NCBI GenBank assembly: GCA_965227775.1
Contig: OZ245777.1
Coordinates: 64,001 to 128,000, forward strand
Length of the DNA stretch: 64,000 bases
Direction: 5' to 3'
DNA from: Phycisphaerales bacterium
GTDB taxonomy: Bacteria > Planctomycetota > Phycisphaerae > Phycisphaerales > UBA1924
In this document: in pieces, positions 1 to 9,434 of the stretch
Numbering within the stretch: the first letter of the stretch is position 1
Layout of the letters: the number at the start of each line of letters is the position of its first letter
The notes under the pieces: model-generated
The model's database searches: none
What the model was told of the DNA's origin: nothing
Seen by the model: only the letters and a program-made list of their open reading frames with translations
Made by a program: the position numbers and the translations under genes

Positions 1-786
1 GAACCGCGCCCCCTCGGGCACCTTCTCGTGACCAAGCACGAACATCGTGACGCCCCACCGCTCGACGAGGTCCTCGAGACTCTCGGCGTCGTAGTGCCGG
101 CCCCACACCATCATGTGGGCAGATCCCGTCAGTGGCTGGTAGTCCTCGTCGGTCAGATCGCGATCCAGGATGCCAGCGTCGAATCGGCCCATCATCGCCG
201 GGCTTGGCACGCTGTGGCTGCACTGGATCACCCCACGCGGGGTCTCGCAGCGCAGCGCCAAGGGCATCGCCCGCACGAACGCCTCGATCGCCGCGTGCAC
301 CTGGTCGGCATCGTCTCCGAACACGCGAGCCACGCCGTCATTGAACGCCTCGACCACGCGCACGCCGTCCTTCACGATGCCCGAGCCCACGATCTGGGCC
401 AACTCGTGGTTGGCCAGAAGCACGTGCACGTGCTCGGGGTACGCCACCTTGAGCGCCGCCACCCGTGTCAACGCCCGAAAGCTGAAATCCACCCCGCCCA
501 TCAGGTGCTCGCCGTGGATGAGCTCGTGCAGGGTCAGGTGGCTCCGCTCGCTCTCGGGCGTCTCGCCCGGGTCGCCGTGCAGCCCGGCAGCCTCAATCAC
601 CCGGCTCAGGTGCAGCGGATTGTCGTGGATATCGCCCGTGGCCACCAGACTACCTGGCGCCTCGACCCAATCGACCGCCCCGCGCCGGCACTTCGCATCT
701 CGGCTGGCCTCGGCAGCGGCCCGAAGCGTCTGGCACACCACGTCCACCGATCCGAGATCAAGATCACCGAACGCGTGTACGTCCAT
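1..786 (-). CDS. Calcineurin-like metallophosphoesterase (runs off window start; not in ORF track)
   Basis: Manual translation from ATG at 786: MDVHAFGDL...VATGDIHDN...LLANHE...CSHS...VLGHE, giving the metallophosphoesterase DxH, NHE and GH motifs. Confidence 0.8.
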   Translation of the reverse strand, partial: MDVHAFGDLDLGSVDVVCQTLRAAAEASRDAKCRRGAVDWVEAPGSLVATGDIHDNPLHLSRVIEAAGLHGDPGETPESERSHLTLHELIHGEHLMGGVDFSFRALTRVAALKVAYPEHVHVLLANHELAQIVGSGIVKDGVRVVEAFNDGVARVFGDDADQVHAAIEAFVRAMPLALRCETPRGVIQCSHSVPSPAMMGRFDAGILDRDLTDEDYQPLTGSAHMMVWGRHYDAESLEDLVERWGVTMFVLGHEKVPEGARF

Positions 787-823
787 GCGGGGCCGTCCTT
801 TGCCAGCGGCGATGGCGCCGGGC

Positions 824-1705
824 TCAGCTCGCGGCCGAGCCGCGCACCGGGGTGCCACGCTCGGCCTCGGCCCGAAGGATGCCGTGCACCAGGTTCAGCC
901 GGTCGGCAACGTACGTCATCGACTCGGGACGCTTCGCCGGATCGACCTCGACGCAGCCCATGATGAGCTCGTTGAGCTTGGGATGGATGCGCTCGTTCAG
1001 CTCGATGGCCGGCTTGGGCTTCTCGATCATGCTGTCGTCCAGCGAGCCCAGCAGCGAATTCTCGTCGGCAAGGGCCGTCGGCACACGCTTGTCGGTCAGC
1101 ATCGCGTACATCGTCGCACCCAGGTTGTAGATGTCCGTCTTGGGCGTGATCGCCCGGCGGTGCACCTGCTCGGGCGCGATGAAGTCCGGCGTGCCCTGAA
1201 TTCGCGGCTTCACGGTGCCGGTTGCGCACGACTGCCCGAGATCGATGATCTTCACCACACCGTCGGGCGAAACCACGACGTTGTTGGGCTTCATGTCCGC
1301 GTGCACGAAGCCGCGCTCGTGCATGTGCGCGAGTGCCAGCGCCACCTGGTGGAAGACACCCAGCGCATCGTCGAAGGTCTTGGGCGGCTTCTGATCAAGC
1401 GCGACCCCATCGACCAACTCCATCACCAGGAACAGGTCCTTCACCTTCAGGAGATGCTTGCGCTTCATCATCCGCCGGATCTTGCGGATGTTGGGGTGGT
1501 CCAGCTTGCTGGCGACCTTGTACTCGTACTCGGCCTGCTCGAGGAACCGCTGGTCCTTGGGCGTCTCGCGCTTCACGTGCTTCAGGGCGTAGATCTGCTT
1601 GGTCTTCTCGTCCTGGGCCAAGTAGATAATCGACGCGGCACCGCGGCCGAGCTCGTCGAGTATCCGATGGCCTTCGATGACCTCACCCTTGGAAAGCGGC
1701 TCCAC
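824..1705 (-). CDS. Hanks-type Ser/Thr protein kinase (cytoplasmic)
   Basis: GRGAAS loop, YALK, HADMKPNN, IDLG and APE motifs; GTG start at 1705 after GGGAGGAG. Confidence 0.9.
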   Translation of the reverse strand: MEPLSKGEVIEGHRILDELGRGAASIIYLAQDEKTKQIYALKHVKRETPKDQRFLEQAEYEYKVASKLDHPNIRKIRRMMKRKHLLKVKDLFLVMELVDGVALDQKPPKTFDDALGVFHQVALALAHMHERGFVHADMKPNNVVVSPDGVVKIIDLGQSCATGTVKPRIQGTPDFIAPEQVHRRAITPKTDIYNLGATMYAMLTDKRVPTALADENSLLGSLDDSMIEKPKPAIELNERIHPKLNELIMGCVEVDPAKRPESMTYVADRLNLVHGILRAEAERGTPVRGSAAS

Positions 1706-2132
1706 CGGTGATTGCTCCTCCCGACCCGTGCTGGGTCCCGCCGCATCACGGGAACCGATCCTCGAGCCATCTGCTCGCCCCGGGCTGGCGGCCGCCAGAA
1801 CGCGGTCCAAACGGGCGACTACGGTAGCCGCTCTATCGGCCCATCGCAGCCCAGTGTTCGCCCCAACTCGGCCTCCGGTCGCCGGTTCGCCCAATGCACA
1901 AACTCTCGGACGCGTCAGCACCGGATTTCCGGCCCTCACGCCCTGCCCCAACGGGGCACGCTGACTCGATTGTTCCATGCTCCCGAGAGCGTGGCAGGTC
2001 CAACTGACTCACGCACGCCCGGCCGCGGTGGGGAACTTCGCAGCCACAGACCATGTTCGGAATCCAAAAGCCCCGGTTGCACCCTGGCCGGCACGGGTCG
2101 ACCCAAGCGATATAGGCAACGACCCTTACGGG

Positions 2133-2903
2133 CTACTGCCTCGGCACGCCTGCCTCGGCCAATCGCCGGTAGAAGCTCTCCCGCGGGAAGTACGGGCCAG
2201 GGTCGTCCACGCCGGCAACGTCTTCGTGTAGCAGGATGCGGTCGCTGGGGATGTCCAGTTCCCTCGCCAGCGTGGCAACGGCCGCCACCAAGCGATCCAT
2301 CTGCGCCCGGCCAAACGCTTCCTGCCGGCCATCGCCGATCAGGCAAACGCCGATGGAATCGCGGTTGTAGGCAAGGCTGTCGGGCCCAGCGACGTGGGCT
2401 CCCGGCTGCTGGCGAAGCCAACGCTCGGCCACGTGCAGCTCACCGTCGGCCATGCCCCGTCCGTTGCCGATCACAAAGTGGAAGCCAAGCCCCGCAAGCC
2501 CCATCGACTGGTGCGTGCGAGCAAGTTCGGCCGCGTTGCCATGGCGCGACCGGCTGTGGTGGATCACGATGCGCTGCCAGCGCTGCTCATCGAGGCCGGC
2601 GGGCGGAGCCGTGATCGCCTCGAGCGACACGCTTGCAACCGATGCGGCCAGCGGCGCGATGCTGCGGCCACCCACGCCGGGCGAACGTTGTCCCTCGATC
2701 AGCACCAGAAGCGACGCCAGAACCACCATCGAACCGGCGAAGCTCGTCAGCACCATGCCCCGCCTCGAACGCAGCAGCGCCGCCAGAACGACCTGTCCCA
2801 TCGAGCGACTCGAATTGCGTGGCAGCCTGCCATCCATCATCATGTCCGGGTCCATCCGGGTTCGAGCAAACCGAGCGTAGCGCAGCGCGACGCAGGAGAG
2901 CAT
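2133..2903 (-). CDS. N-acetylmuramoyl-L-alanine amidase (Amidase_2/PGRP-like), N-terminally membrane anchored
   Basis: IVIHHS, GFHFVIGNG, GAHVAG, NRDSIGVCLIGD, LHEDV motifs; start uncertain. Confidence 0.85.
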   Translation of the reverse strand: MLSCVALRYARFARTRMDPDMMMDGRLPRNSSRSMGQVVLAALLRSRRGMVLTSFAGSMVVLASLLVLIEGQRSPGVGGRSIAPLAASVASVSLEAITAPPAGLDEQRWQRIVIHHSRSRHGNAAELARTHQSMGLAGLGFHFVIGNGRGMADGELHVAERWLRQQPGAHVAGPDSLAYNRDSIGVCLIGDGRQEAFGRAQMDRLVAAVATLARELDIPSDRILLHEDVAGVDDPGPYFPRESFYRRLAEAGVPRQ

Positions 2904-3001
2904 CGGACAAGCCCGAAGCTCCCCTTCGCTTATTTGCGTCCGATTATGAACGATTCATGACGGTCGCAACAACTGCGCGTTCTGCGCCGAGCGTTATGGG
3001 C

Positions 3002-3220
3002 TCAACGGGGCGCAAGACGCGCGGCAACGTTGGGCCGAGGGCGTCCGAACTCGTCGCGAACAAACGTGTCCGCGTCTTGATTGCGGACCCGGTCGTATCG
3101 GTGGAACGGGCTGCGGATCTGGTTCTCAGTGATCAGCGGATCGCGGCATCCCGCAAACATCGCGGCGCTCACGACAAGCAGCGACAACGCCAACACCCTC
3201 GCGGCGGGCTTACTCGCCAT
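3002..3220 (-). CDS. Small hypothetical lipoprotein
   Basis: MASKPAARVLALSLLVVSAAMFAGC lipobox. Confidence 0.6.
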   Translation of the reverse strand: MASKPAARVLALSLLVVSAAMFAGCRDPLITENQIRSPFHRYDRVRNQDADTFVRDEFGRPRPNVAARLAPR

Positions 3221-3242
3221 TCCTGAAAACCGTTGTCCCATA

Positions 3243-3279
3243 AAACAGTGTACCACACGTCGCGGGACGTGTGGTACAC
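3243..3279 (-). terminator. Intrinsic terminator-like hairpin
   Basis: Perfect 14-bp stem GTGTACCACACGTC/GACGTGTGGTACAC (3248-3279) with 4-nt loop, followed by TGTTTT on the minus strand. Confidence 0.7.
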
Positions 3280-3461
3280 CGGAGGAGGAGAGAGAGAGAT
3301 GCGTGTGGCACCGGCCCGTCCTGGGCGTCCCCCAGCGTCGCGTTCTACGCCGGGGCGATGCACGTAAAGCTATACGCCAAGGCCACTTGTTTGTTCGAAT
3401 CTAGCTCACACAATTGTTGCAAATTCGCAACACACGCCCCCCCAGAACCCCCAAATTATGG

Positions 3462-3989
3462 CTAGACCGAGCCAGACGCCGGCAAGTGCAGCCCACCGGC
3501 GAGTTGGACCCGCCCGTCCGCGGCCATCTGCCGGACTCCCTCGCTTAGCCCGATCGCGACTGCCGTGGAGAGGTTCAGACTCCGTTCGCCTTGCCGCAGG
3601 GGAATACCCACCTGCCAATCCCCCTGGCCAGCCAGCACTGTCTCGGGCAGCCCCTGGGTCTCTTTGCCGAAGACGAGGTGATCGCCGACCTCAAACGGCG
3701 CGTCAAAGTGTGGCCGCCCGCGCCGAGAAGTGAAGTACCACCGCCGGTCGCTCGGAAACGCATCGAGGTAAGCTTCCCAGTTGGGATAAACCGACGGTGA
3801 CAGCCTGGGCCAATAGTCGAGGCCCGCCCGCCGGAGTGCCTTCTCGTCGAGATCGAAACCCAGCGGCTCGATCAAGTGCAAAGCCGCACCCATCGCAAGA
3901 CAGGTGCGGCCGATGTTGCCCGTATTGTTGGGAATCTCCGGCTCGTGCAGCACCACGTGCAAGCGTGGCTGGAATTCACCGGCTCCCAT
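3462..3989 (-). CDS. trmL: tRNA (cytidine(34)-2'-O)-methyltransferase
   Basis: VVLHEPEIPNNTGNIGRTC, LRRAGLDYW, FGKETQGLP, RSLNLS SPOUT motifs. Confidence 0.92.
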   Translation of the reverse strand: MGAGEFQPRLHVVLHEPEIPNNTGNIGRTCLAMGAALHLIEPLGFDLDEKALRRAGLDYWPRLSPSVYPNWEAYLDAFPSDRRWYFTSRRGRPHFDAPFEVGDHLVFGKETQGLPETVLAGQGDWQVGIPLRQGERSLNLSTAVAIGLSEGVRQMAADGRVQLAGGLHLPASGSV

Positions 3990-3995
3990 GAACGA

Positions 3996-5321
3996 TCAAC
4001 GGTTCTGGCGGGCCAGGAACGCGGCATCGCGCTCGCGACGGATCTGAACCGCGGGATCGACATCAACCATGCGGTTGAGCGCGACTTCGAACCGGTCGTC
4101 CAGTGGCGAACCCATCCACCGCACCGAGTTGTCGGTGCTGTAGATCACCACGAACGGAACATACAGATCCCGGACCTCTCGGAGCTGACGCTCAACGCCG
4201 CCATAGCTCTCCTTGCCCAGCGAAGAGGTAAGCAGCTCCAGCTCCCTGTCGAAGGCGATCGAGTGCTTGAATTGGGTTCGGCTCGTGATGTTTGTCAGCG
4301 TCTCACCGAAGTCCTCCAGGGCCTTGTCGAACAGCGAACGGTCGCGTCGAGCCGCCTCCTGGTCGACCGTGACGAACGGGAACGCCATGCCGATGACCGC
4401 GATGTCGCGTCCGTGGCGGCGCTGCAGATCGTCCATCATGGGCTGCACGTCTTCGTAGCTAAAGGCCACCGTGTGCGTCCAGTAGTACACCACTCGGATG
4501 CGGCCATCGAGCTTGGGCTTGGGTGTGATCCAGGTGACCAGCCCGGAGTCGAAATCGACGATGGGCAGCTCGGTCTGTCCACGATTCTCGAAGTCAGCAC
4601 CCTGCTCTTCTTCGAACGCCCGCCAGCGAGCTGGCCACCTTGCATCCTGGTACAGCAGCGCGTCCTGCGGCGGAATGTCCCAGTTTGGAATGTTGGCCGC
4701 GTCGTTCTGCACAACGCTGCCGATCACACGCGTCCTAGGCGTCTCCGGCGTGGCGCGGCGAGATGCCGCGTCGGATGCCACTTCCTGCGTCTCCCGGGCA
4801 ACGATCTGCACGGCCTCACGCACGCTGCTGCGCTCCACGTCGGCAAACCGAAGCTGGCCCGCCCGATCGACCACGTAGAAGTTCGGGTCCATGTCGGCCT
4901 TGATCGCCTCGCGAAGCTTCGAGCCCGCGTCACGCGCGATCGGGAAGCTCAGACGCAGCCGCTCGGCAGTCTGGGCCGCGGTATCAAAGCCGTCATCCGA
5001 GTGCACGCCGATGACCACCAGGCCCTGATCGGCGTACCGCTTGGCGACGAGCTCGGCCGCACGGGCCGAGGCCGTTGAGCCCGAATGCCAACTCGCCCAC
5101 GTCAGGATCAGGACGGGCTTGCCGTCGAGGTCGTCCGCCGTCACAGGCTCGCCAATCCAGTCGGTCAGCCCACCGAGCAGCGACTTGTCGAACGCGCTGA
5201 GCTCCATGGCATCGAGTGCCGCACGGCGCTCGCCCGAGCCCTCGCGGATGATCTGGTCGCTCTGGGCCAAACCGGCGCTCGCCGCCAGTGCCACGATCGT
5301 CGCCGTCAGAATCCCTCGCAT
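3996..5321 (-). CDS. Secreted redoxin/TlpA-fold protein with two degenerate thioredoxin-like domains
   Basis: Signal peptide MRGILTATIVALAASAGLA; GKPVLILTWASWHSGS, VVIGVHSD, YVVDRAG. Confidence 0.7.
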   Translation of the reverse strand: MRGILTATIVALAASAGLAQSDQIIREGSGERRAALDAMELSAFDKSLLGGLTDWIGEPVTADDLDGKPVLILTWASWHSGSTASARAAELVAKRYADQGLVVIGVHSDDGFDTAAQTAERLRLSFPIARDAGSKLREAIKADMDPNFYVVDRAGQLRFADVERSSVREAVQIVARETQEVASDAASRRATPETPRTRVIGSVVQNDAANIPNWDIPPQDALLYQDARWPARWRAFEEEQGADFENRGQTELPIVDFDSGLVTWITPKPKLDGRIRVVYYWTHTVAFSYEDVQPMMDDLQRRHGRDIAVIGMAFPFVTVDQEAARRDRSLFDKALEDFGETLTNITSRTQFKHSIAFDRELELLTSSLGKESYGGVERQLREVRDLYVPFVVIYSTDNSVRWMGSPLDDRFEVALNRMVDVDPAVQIRRERDAAFLARQNR

Positions 5322-5507
5322 GCGTACTGCCCTCTGCGCCGTCTCGGCGCGATTGATACCAAAGCACTTCGAACCCCGAACGACGCTGCCAGCATCGGAA
5401 GCCCCGTAGGAGCCTCTCTGGCAGGATACCACGCTCGGCCGGGCCCCGTTGCAAGCGCACTCGCAGGCCCTCTCAATATGACGCCGGCGACGCCGAAATG
5501 TTCCGGC

Positions 5508-6362
5508 TCAGCCCCTCCCAGGCGTACACAGGCATGCCAAGGCGATCGCGGCCGACACCCCAACATTCAGCGAATCGACGCCTTCATTCATCGGAATGCG
5601 AACCCGCTGCGACGCGGCGCTCATCGCCGCGTCCGTCAGCCCCGGGCCCTCCGCACCCAACAGCAGTGCGACACGATCAGGCGGGCAGCGCAGCCCTACC
5701 GACTCAATCGCCGGCGCTTCCGGGTCGGGCGTGAGAGCCAACGTCCGAAATCCGTCACGCCCGAACACATCGAGGTCGCCCGGCCAATCCGCCGCCCAGG
5801 CCGTCGGCACGCGCAGCACGTGCCCCATCGAGACCCGAAGGCTCTTGCGATAGAACGGGTCTGCGCATCCGGGCCCCAGCACGACCGCCGACTGGCCCGG
5901 CCCTAGGGCCGAAAGGCTCCGATACAGCGACCCAACGTTGTCGTGGTTGCTCAGCCCCTCGAGCACCAGCACGCACCGGGCATCTCCCACCACCGCCTCC
6001 AACGGCGGCGTCTCCCCTCGCTCGCCCAGGGCCAGCACGCCGCGATGCATGTCGAAGCCCACGATTTCCTCGGCCACGCTCCGTTCGGCAACGTACACGG
6101 GCGTGCCCGCCGGCAACCGCTCGATCGCGTCTCGCATCGACAGCAGACGCGTCGGCGTGATCAATACCGAACGAACCCGAAACGCCGAAGCAAACAGCTC
6201 CCGGACCACGATCTCGCCCTCGGCAATAAACAACCCGCCCAGGCCCGTGCCGCCATCACGCTGCACCCGCAGCCAGGCGTCCTTCTGATCGCGGTACGGC
6301 TCGAGATCCGGGTCCGACAGATCCTCGACAGCGATGATGTTTGGCCCCGCGGCAGTCGTCAC
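5508..6362 (-). CDS. TrmH/SpoU family RNA methyltransferase
   Basis: FIAEG, NHDNVGS, RKSLRVSMG, LGAEGPGL, IPM..GVDSLNV. Confidence 0.9.
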   Translation of the reverse strand: MTTAAGPNIIAVEDLSDPDLEPYRDQKDAWLRVQRDGGTGLGGLFIAEGEIVVRELFASAFRVRSVLITPTRLLSMRDAIERLPAGTPVYVAERSVAEEIVGFDMHRGVLALGERGETPPLEAVVGDARCVLVLEGLSNHDNVGSLYRSLSALGPGQSAVVLGPGCADPFYRKSLRVSMGHVLRVPTAWAADWPGDLDVFGRDGFRTLALTPDPEAPAIESVGLRCPPDRVALLLGAEGPGLTDAAMSAASQRVRIPMNEGVDSLNVGVSAAIALACLCTPGRG

Positions 6363-6475
6363 GGGCTCATTCTGGGCGGCCGAAGGCCCGATGGCTAATC
6401 TGCCCGCCCTGCGAACGAGTTGGCCGCTGGGGCGTATCGGACGTTCACCACCGCTTCGAGAAGGGACCCGCGCAC

Positions 6476-7351
6476 GTGGAACTCTGGCAAGCCATCGTGC
6501 TCGGCGTCGTTGAGGGCATCACCGAGTACCTGCCGGTGAGCTCGACGGGCCACCTCATCCTCGCATCGGGGCTCATGGGCTTGAGCGATACACCCGAGGG
6601 CCAGCAGGCGGCCAACGCCTTCAACATCGTCATCCAGGGCGGCGCCATCCTGGCCGTCCTGGGCCTTTACCGCGAGCGCGTGTGGCAGATGCTCAAGGGG
6701 CTTGTGGGCCAAGACGCCGACGGCCTGCGCCTTGCCATCAACATTCTCGTCGCCTTCCTGCCGGCGGCAGCATTGGGCCTCGCATTCAACGATCTCATCG
6801 AGGCGCACCTGTTCAGCGCGAGCGTCGTGCTCACCATGCTCGCGCTCGGTGGTGTCTACATGATCGCCATCGACAAGGCGATCATCGCACCGCGGCGCGA
6901 GGCCCAGGAGGGCATGACGCTCGACGGGCTGCGCCCCTTCCGAGCCTTCATCGTCGGCTTGCTCCAGTGCGTCGCCATGGTCCCGGGCACCAGCCGATCC
7001 ATGATGACCATCACCGGCGGCGTACTCGTCGGCCTCAAGCCCAAGGACGCCGCCGAGTTCAGCTTCTTGCTCGGCCTGCCCACGCTCGGCGGCGCCTGCG
7101 TGCTCACGCTGTTCAAGGACCTCACGCGTGACGACGGCACTCCGACCATGATCGACACGATCGGATGGCCCGCGCTGCTCGTCGGCATCCTGGTCTCAAT
7201 GGTCTCGGCCATGCTCGCCGTCAAGTGGCTCGTCGGCTTCCTCAACAAGCACGGGCTGGCGCTCTTCGGCTGGTACCGCATCGTGCTCGCGGGCGTGCTG
7301 CTCGCCGCAACGCTCGCCGGCATCATCACCTTCGCGCCCGAAGGCGGTTGA
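6476..7351 (+). CDS. uppP: Undecaprenyl-diphosphate phosphatase
   Basis: GVVEGITEYLPVSSTGHL, IQGGAILAV, PGTSRS, AAEFSFLL. Confidence 0.93.
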   Translation: MELWQAIVLGVVEGITEYLPVSSTGHLILASGLMGLSDTPEGQQAANAFNIVIQGGAILAVLGLYRERVWQMLKGLVGQDADGLRLAINILVAFLPAAALGLAFNDLIEAHLFSASVVLTMLALGGVYMIAIDKAIIAPRREAQEGMTLDGLRPFRAFIVGLLQCVAMVPGTSRSMMTITGGVLVGLKPKDAAEFSFLLGLPTLGGACVLTLFKDLTRDDGTPTMIDTIGWPALLVGILVSMVSAMLAVKWLVGFLNKHGLALFGWYRIVLAGVLLAATLAGIITFAPEGG

Positions 7352-7357
7352 CTCGGC

Positions 7358-7633
7358 CTACGAGAAGATGCTGCTCGCGATCAGCAACAGAACGCCGCCG
7401 AAGAAAATCACGTCGACCAGCACGGCCACCGGCATGATGCTCAACACGAGTGCGAAGAACCCGAACCAATCGGGCTTCTTCACCACCGCGATGAGCGACA
7501 CGATCAGCGCGATCGGGCTCAGGATCCCAAACGTGATCAAGCCCGCGCACGCGAACAACAGAGCGATCCGTCCGGGCGTCGTCGGCACGGCGTCATACTG
7601 CTTCAGCGGCTGGCGAGTCGCAGCGGATGGCAT
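7358..7633 (-). CDS. Small hypothetical membrane protein
   Basis: Two to three hydrophobic segments; lies in an operon downstream of the MDR gene. Confidence 0.6.
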   Translation of the reverse strand: MPSAATRQPLKQYDAVPTTPGRIALLFACAGLITFGILSPIALIVSLIAVVKKPDWFGFFALVLSIMPVAVLVDVIFFGGVLLLIASSIFS

Positions 7634-7642
7634 GCACCAAGT

Positions 7643-8635
7643 TTAGAACTCGATCGCGACGTACAGCAGCTCGGGGCGGGAAAGCAGCCGCGGTGCCTCG
7701 CTGGGCCGCGTCCGCACCTCCACTAGCCCCGAAGTCTCCACATCGCCGGAAGCCAGCAAAGGCAACGCGTCAGCCACCGACCCGAAGCTCGCCCCGATCA
7801 ACTCGAGTTCCCCGCGCATCACCGGCGTCAGGTCCACCGACGCGCCCGGCTCGGGCTCGGCCGCCAGGATGAACGTCCCGCGGGGCCGCAGCATGCCCAG
7901 GGCCAGATCCATCGAGGCCGCGCTCCCCACGCAATCAACCACGACGGTCTGATCACGGCGCCGGCCGACCTCGTCGGCGTGGCGGTGTCGCACGCCCCAC
8001 TTCTCGGCCCGGCCGAACGCCTGGGGCCGCCAGCCCAGCAGGCGCACCGTCGCGTTAAGCTTGGCGATGGTCTGCACGGCCAGCAGTGCGGCGAGGTTGT
8101 CGCCCAGCACCGTCACGTACACCTTACCCTCCATGCGGATCATCCGAGCCGCGTGGAGCGCCCGCGCGAGCGGGCCGGCGAGCAGCGCCGCATCGTCCTC
8201 CAGCCCGTCGGGGGCTAGGGCGAGGTTCCGCCAGGGCACCACCACCGTGTGCGCCATGCTGCCAGGCACGCCGCGCATGCCAAGCGTGCCACCCTCCCGG
8301 CAGTGCTGGCTCACGCCCGCCCGGCACATGTCGCACGTACCGCACGAGACCGTGGGCGAACACACGACGCGCGACTTGAGCAAGCGATCACGCACGCCAC
8401 CGGGCGCATCATCGCTCACCTCGGTCACGACGCCAACCAGATCACGCCCGAGCACCGAGCCGTCCGGCGCGCCCGCCGCGGCGGATCGCACCGAGCCCGG
8501 AACGTCACCGGCAAGGCGGACGCGCACGAGCGCCTCGCCCGCGCCGCACGCCGGTTGCTCAACATCAGACAGCACGGGTTGGTTCTGGCGGGCGACGATC
8601 GCGTCCAAGGAGGGCTCCGGGGCTACACGCCTCAT
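7643..8635 (-). CDS. Zinc-binding MDR (alcohol dehydrogenase-like) protein with degenerate catalytic site
   Basis: Structural Zn motif CGTCDMCRAGVSQHC; GroES-like plus Rossmann layout. Confidence 0.8.
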   Translation of the reverse strand: MRRVAPEPSLDAIVARQNQPVLSDVEQPACGAGEALVRVRLAGDVPGSVRSAAAGAPDGSVLGRDLVGVVTEVSDDAPGGVRDRLLKSRVVCSPTVSCGTCDMCRAGVSQHCREGGTLGMRGVPGSMAHTVVVPWRNLALAPDGLEDDAALLAGPLARALHAARMIRMEGKVYVTVLGDNLAALLAVQTIAKLNATVRLLGWRPQAFGRAEKWGVRHRHADEVGRRRDQTVVVDCVGSAASMDLALGMLRPRGTFILAAEPEPGASVDLTPVMRGELELIGASFGSVADALPLLASGDVETSGLVEVRTRPSEAPRLLSRPELLYVAIEF

Positions 8636-8639
8636 CGGC

Positions 8640-9434
8640 CTACTGGGGCGTGCGGGTCAAGCCAACAGGCGTCGAGCTCGTCTCGTTGGGCGGCAGGGGT
8701 ATCCAAGGCAGATATTCCCACCAAGCCCGAGACCTTATGAAGACCGGATAGACATACGCCTGCTGGTCCGCGAACCACGACCCGTTCTCGTCGATCCACC
8801 GCTGCCACGCGATGAAATCGAGCCCGTAGTCCTGCCCCGTGAGCAGCTCGAGCGAACGCACCACCGCCGCATGCACCGCCAGGCTCTGCTCGGTATCGGA
8901 CCGCAGCGACGTCACGAGCCCCACCACGACGTCGCTCTGCGGATACTGCCCCAGCGCAATCGCCGCCTCCACTCGCACGTTCTGGTCGGGCTCGTTGGTC
9001 GGCACGATCAACTCGAGCAACCGGGCCGTCGCGGTGGGCTCGTGGATCCGCTGCAGTCCCGTCGCCGCCGCCCGGCGGACGATCGGCTCGGGGTCATCGA
9101 GCGCGGCCGCCAGCAGCGCTCCGTCGGCCGCCACGCCATGGGTGCCCAATCCCCGCGCCGCCGAAGCGCGCACCGCAGCATACTCGTCGTTCAGGTTGTC
9201 CCGAAAAATCTCTAGGATGCGTTCGTCCGGCTCGAGAAGCTGCATCGTCAGCTGCACCGTGCCACGATACCGCGCATCGGGGTCGTACGGATCCCGCGCG
9301 AGCTCGGCCGGGTTAACCTGTGGCGTGTTCAGAAACCTGTTAAAAATGCTGTCGTCACCGACCTGGATACCGCCGCAGCCCCCAAGCGCAAGCACGCAAC
9401 CCAAGACGCCCAAGCTCAATACGACGCGATCCAT
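8640..9434 (-). CDS. HEAT-repeat lipoprotein
   Basis: LALGGC lipobox; repeated VRASAARGLG / VRRAAATGL / VRVEAAIALG. Confidence 0.8.
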   Translation of the reverse strand: MDRVVLSLGVLGCVLALGGCGGIQVGDDSIFNRFLNTPQVNPAELARDPYDPDARYRGTVQLTMQLLEPDERILEIFRDNLNDEYAAVRASAARGLGTHGVAADGALLAAALDDPEPIVRRAAATGLQRIHEPTATARLLELIVPTNEPDQNVRVEAAIALGQYPQSDVVVGLVTSLRSDTEQSLAVHAAVVRSLELLTGQDYGLDFIAWQRWIDENGSWFADQQAYVYPVFIRSRAWWEYLPWIPLPPNETSSTPVGLTRTPQ

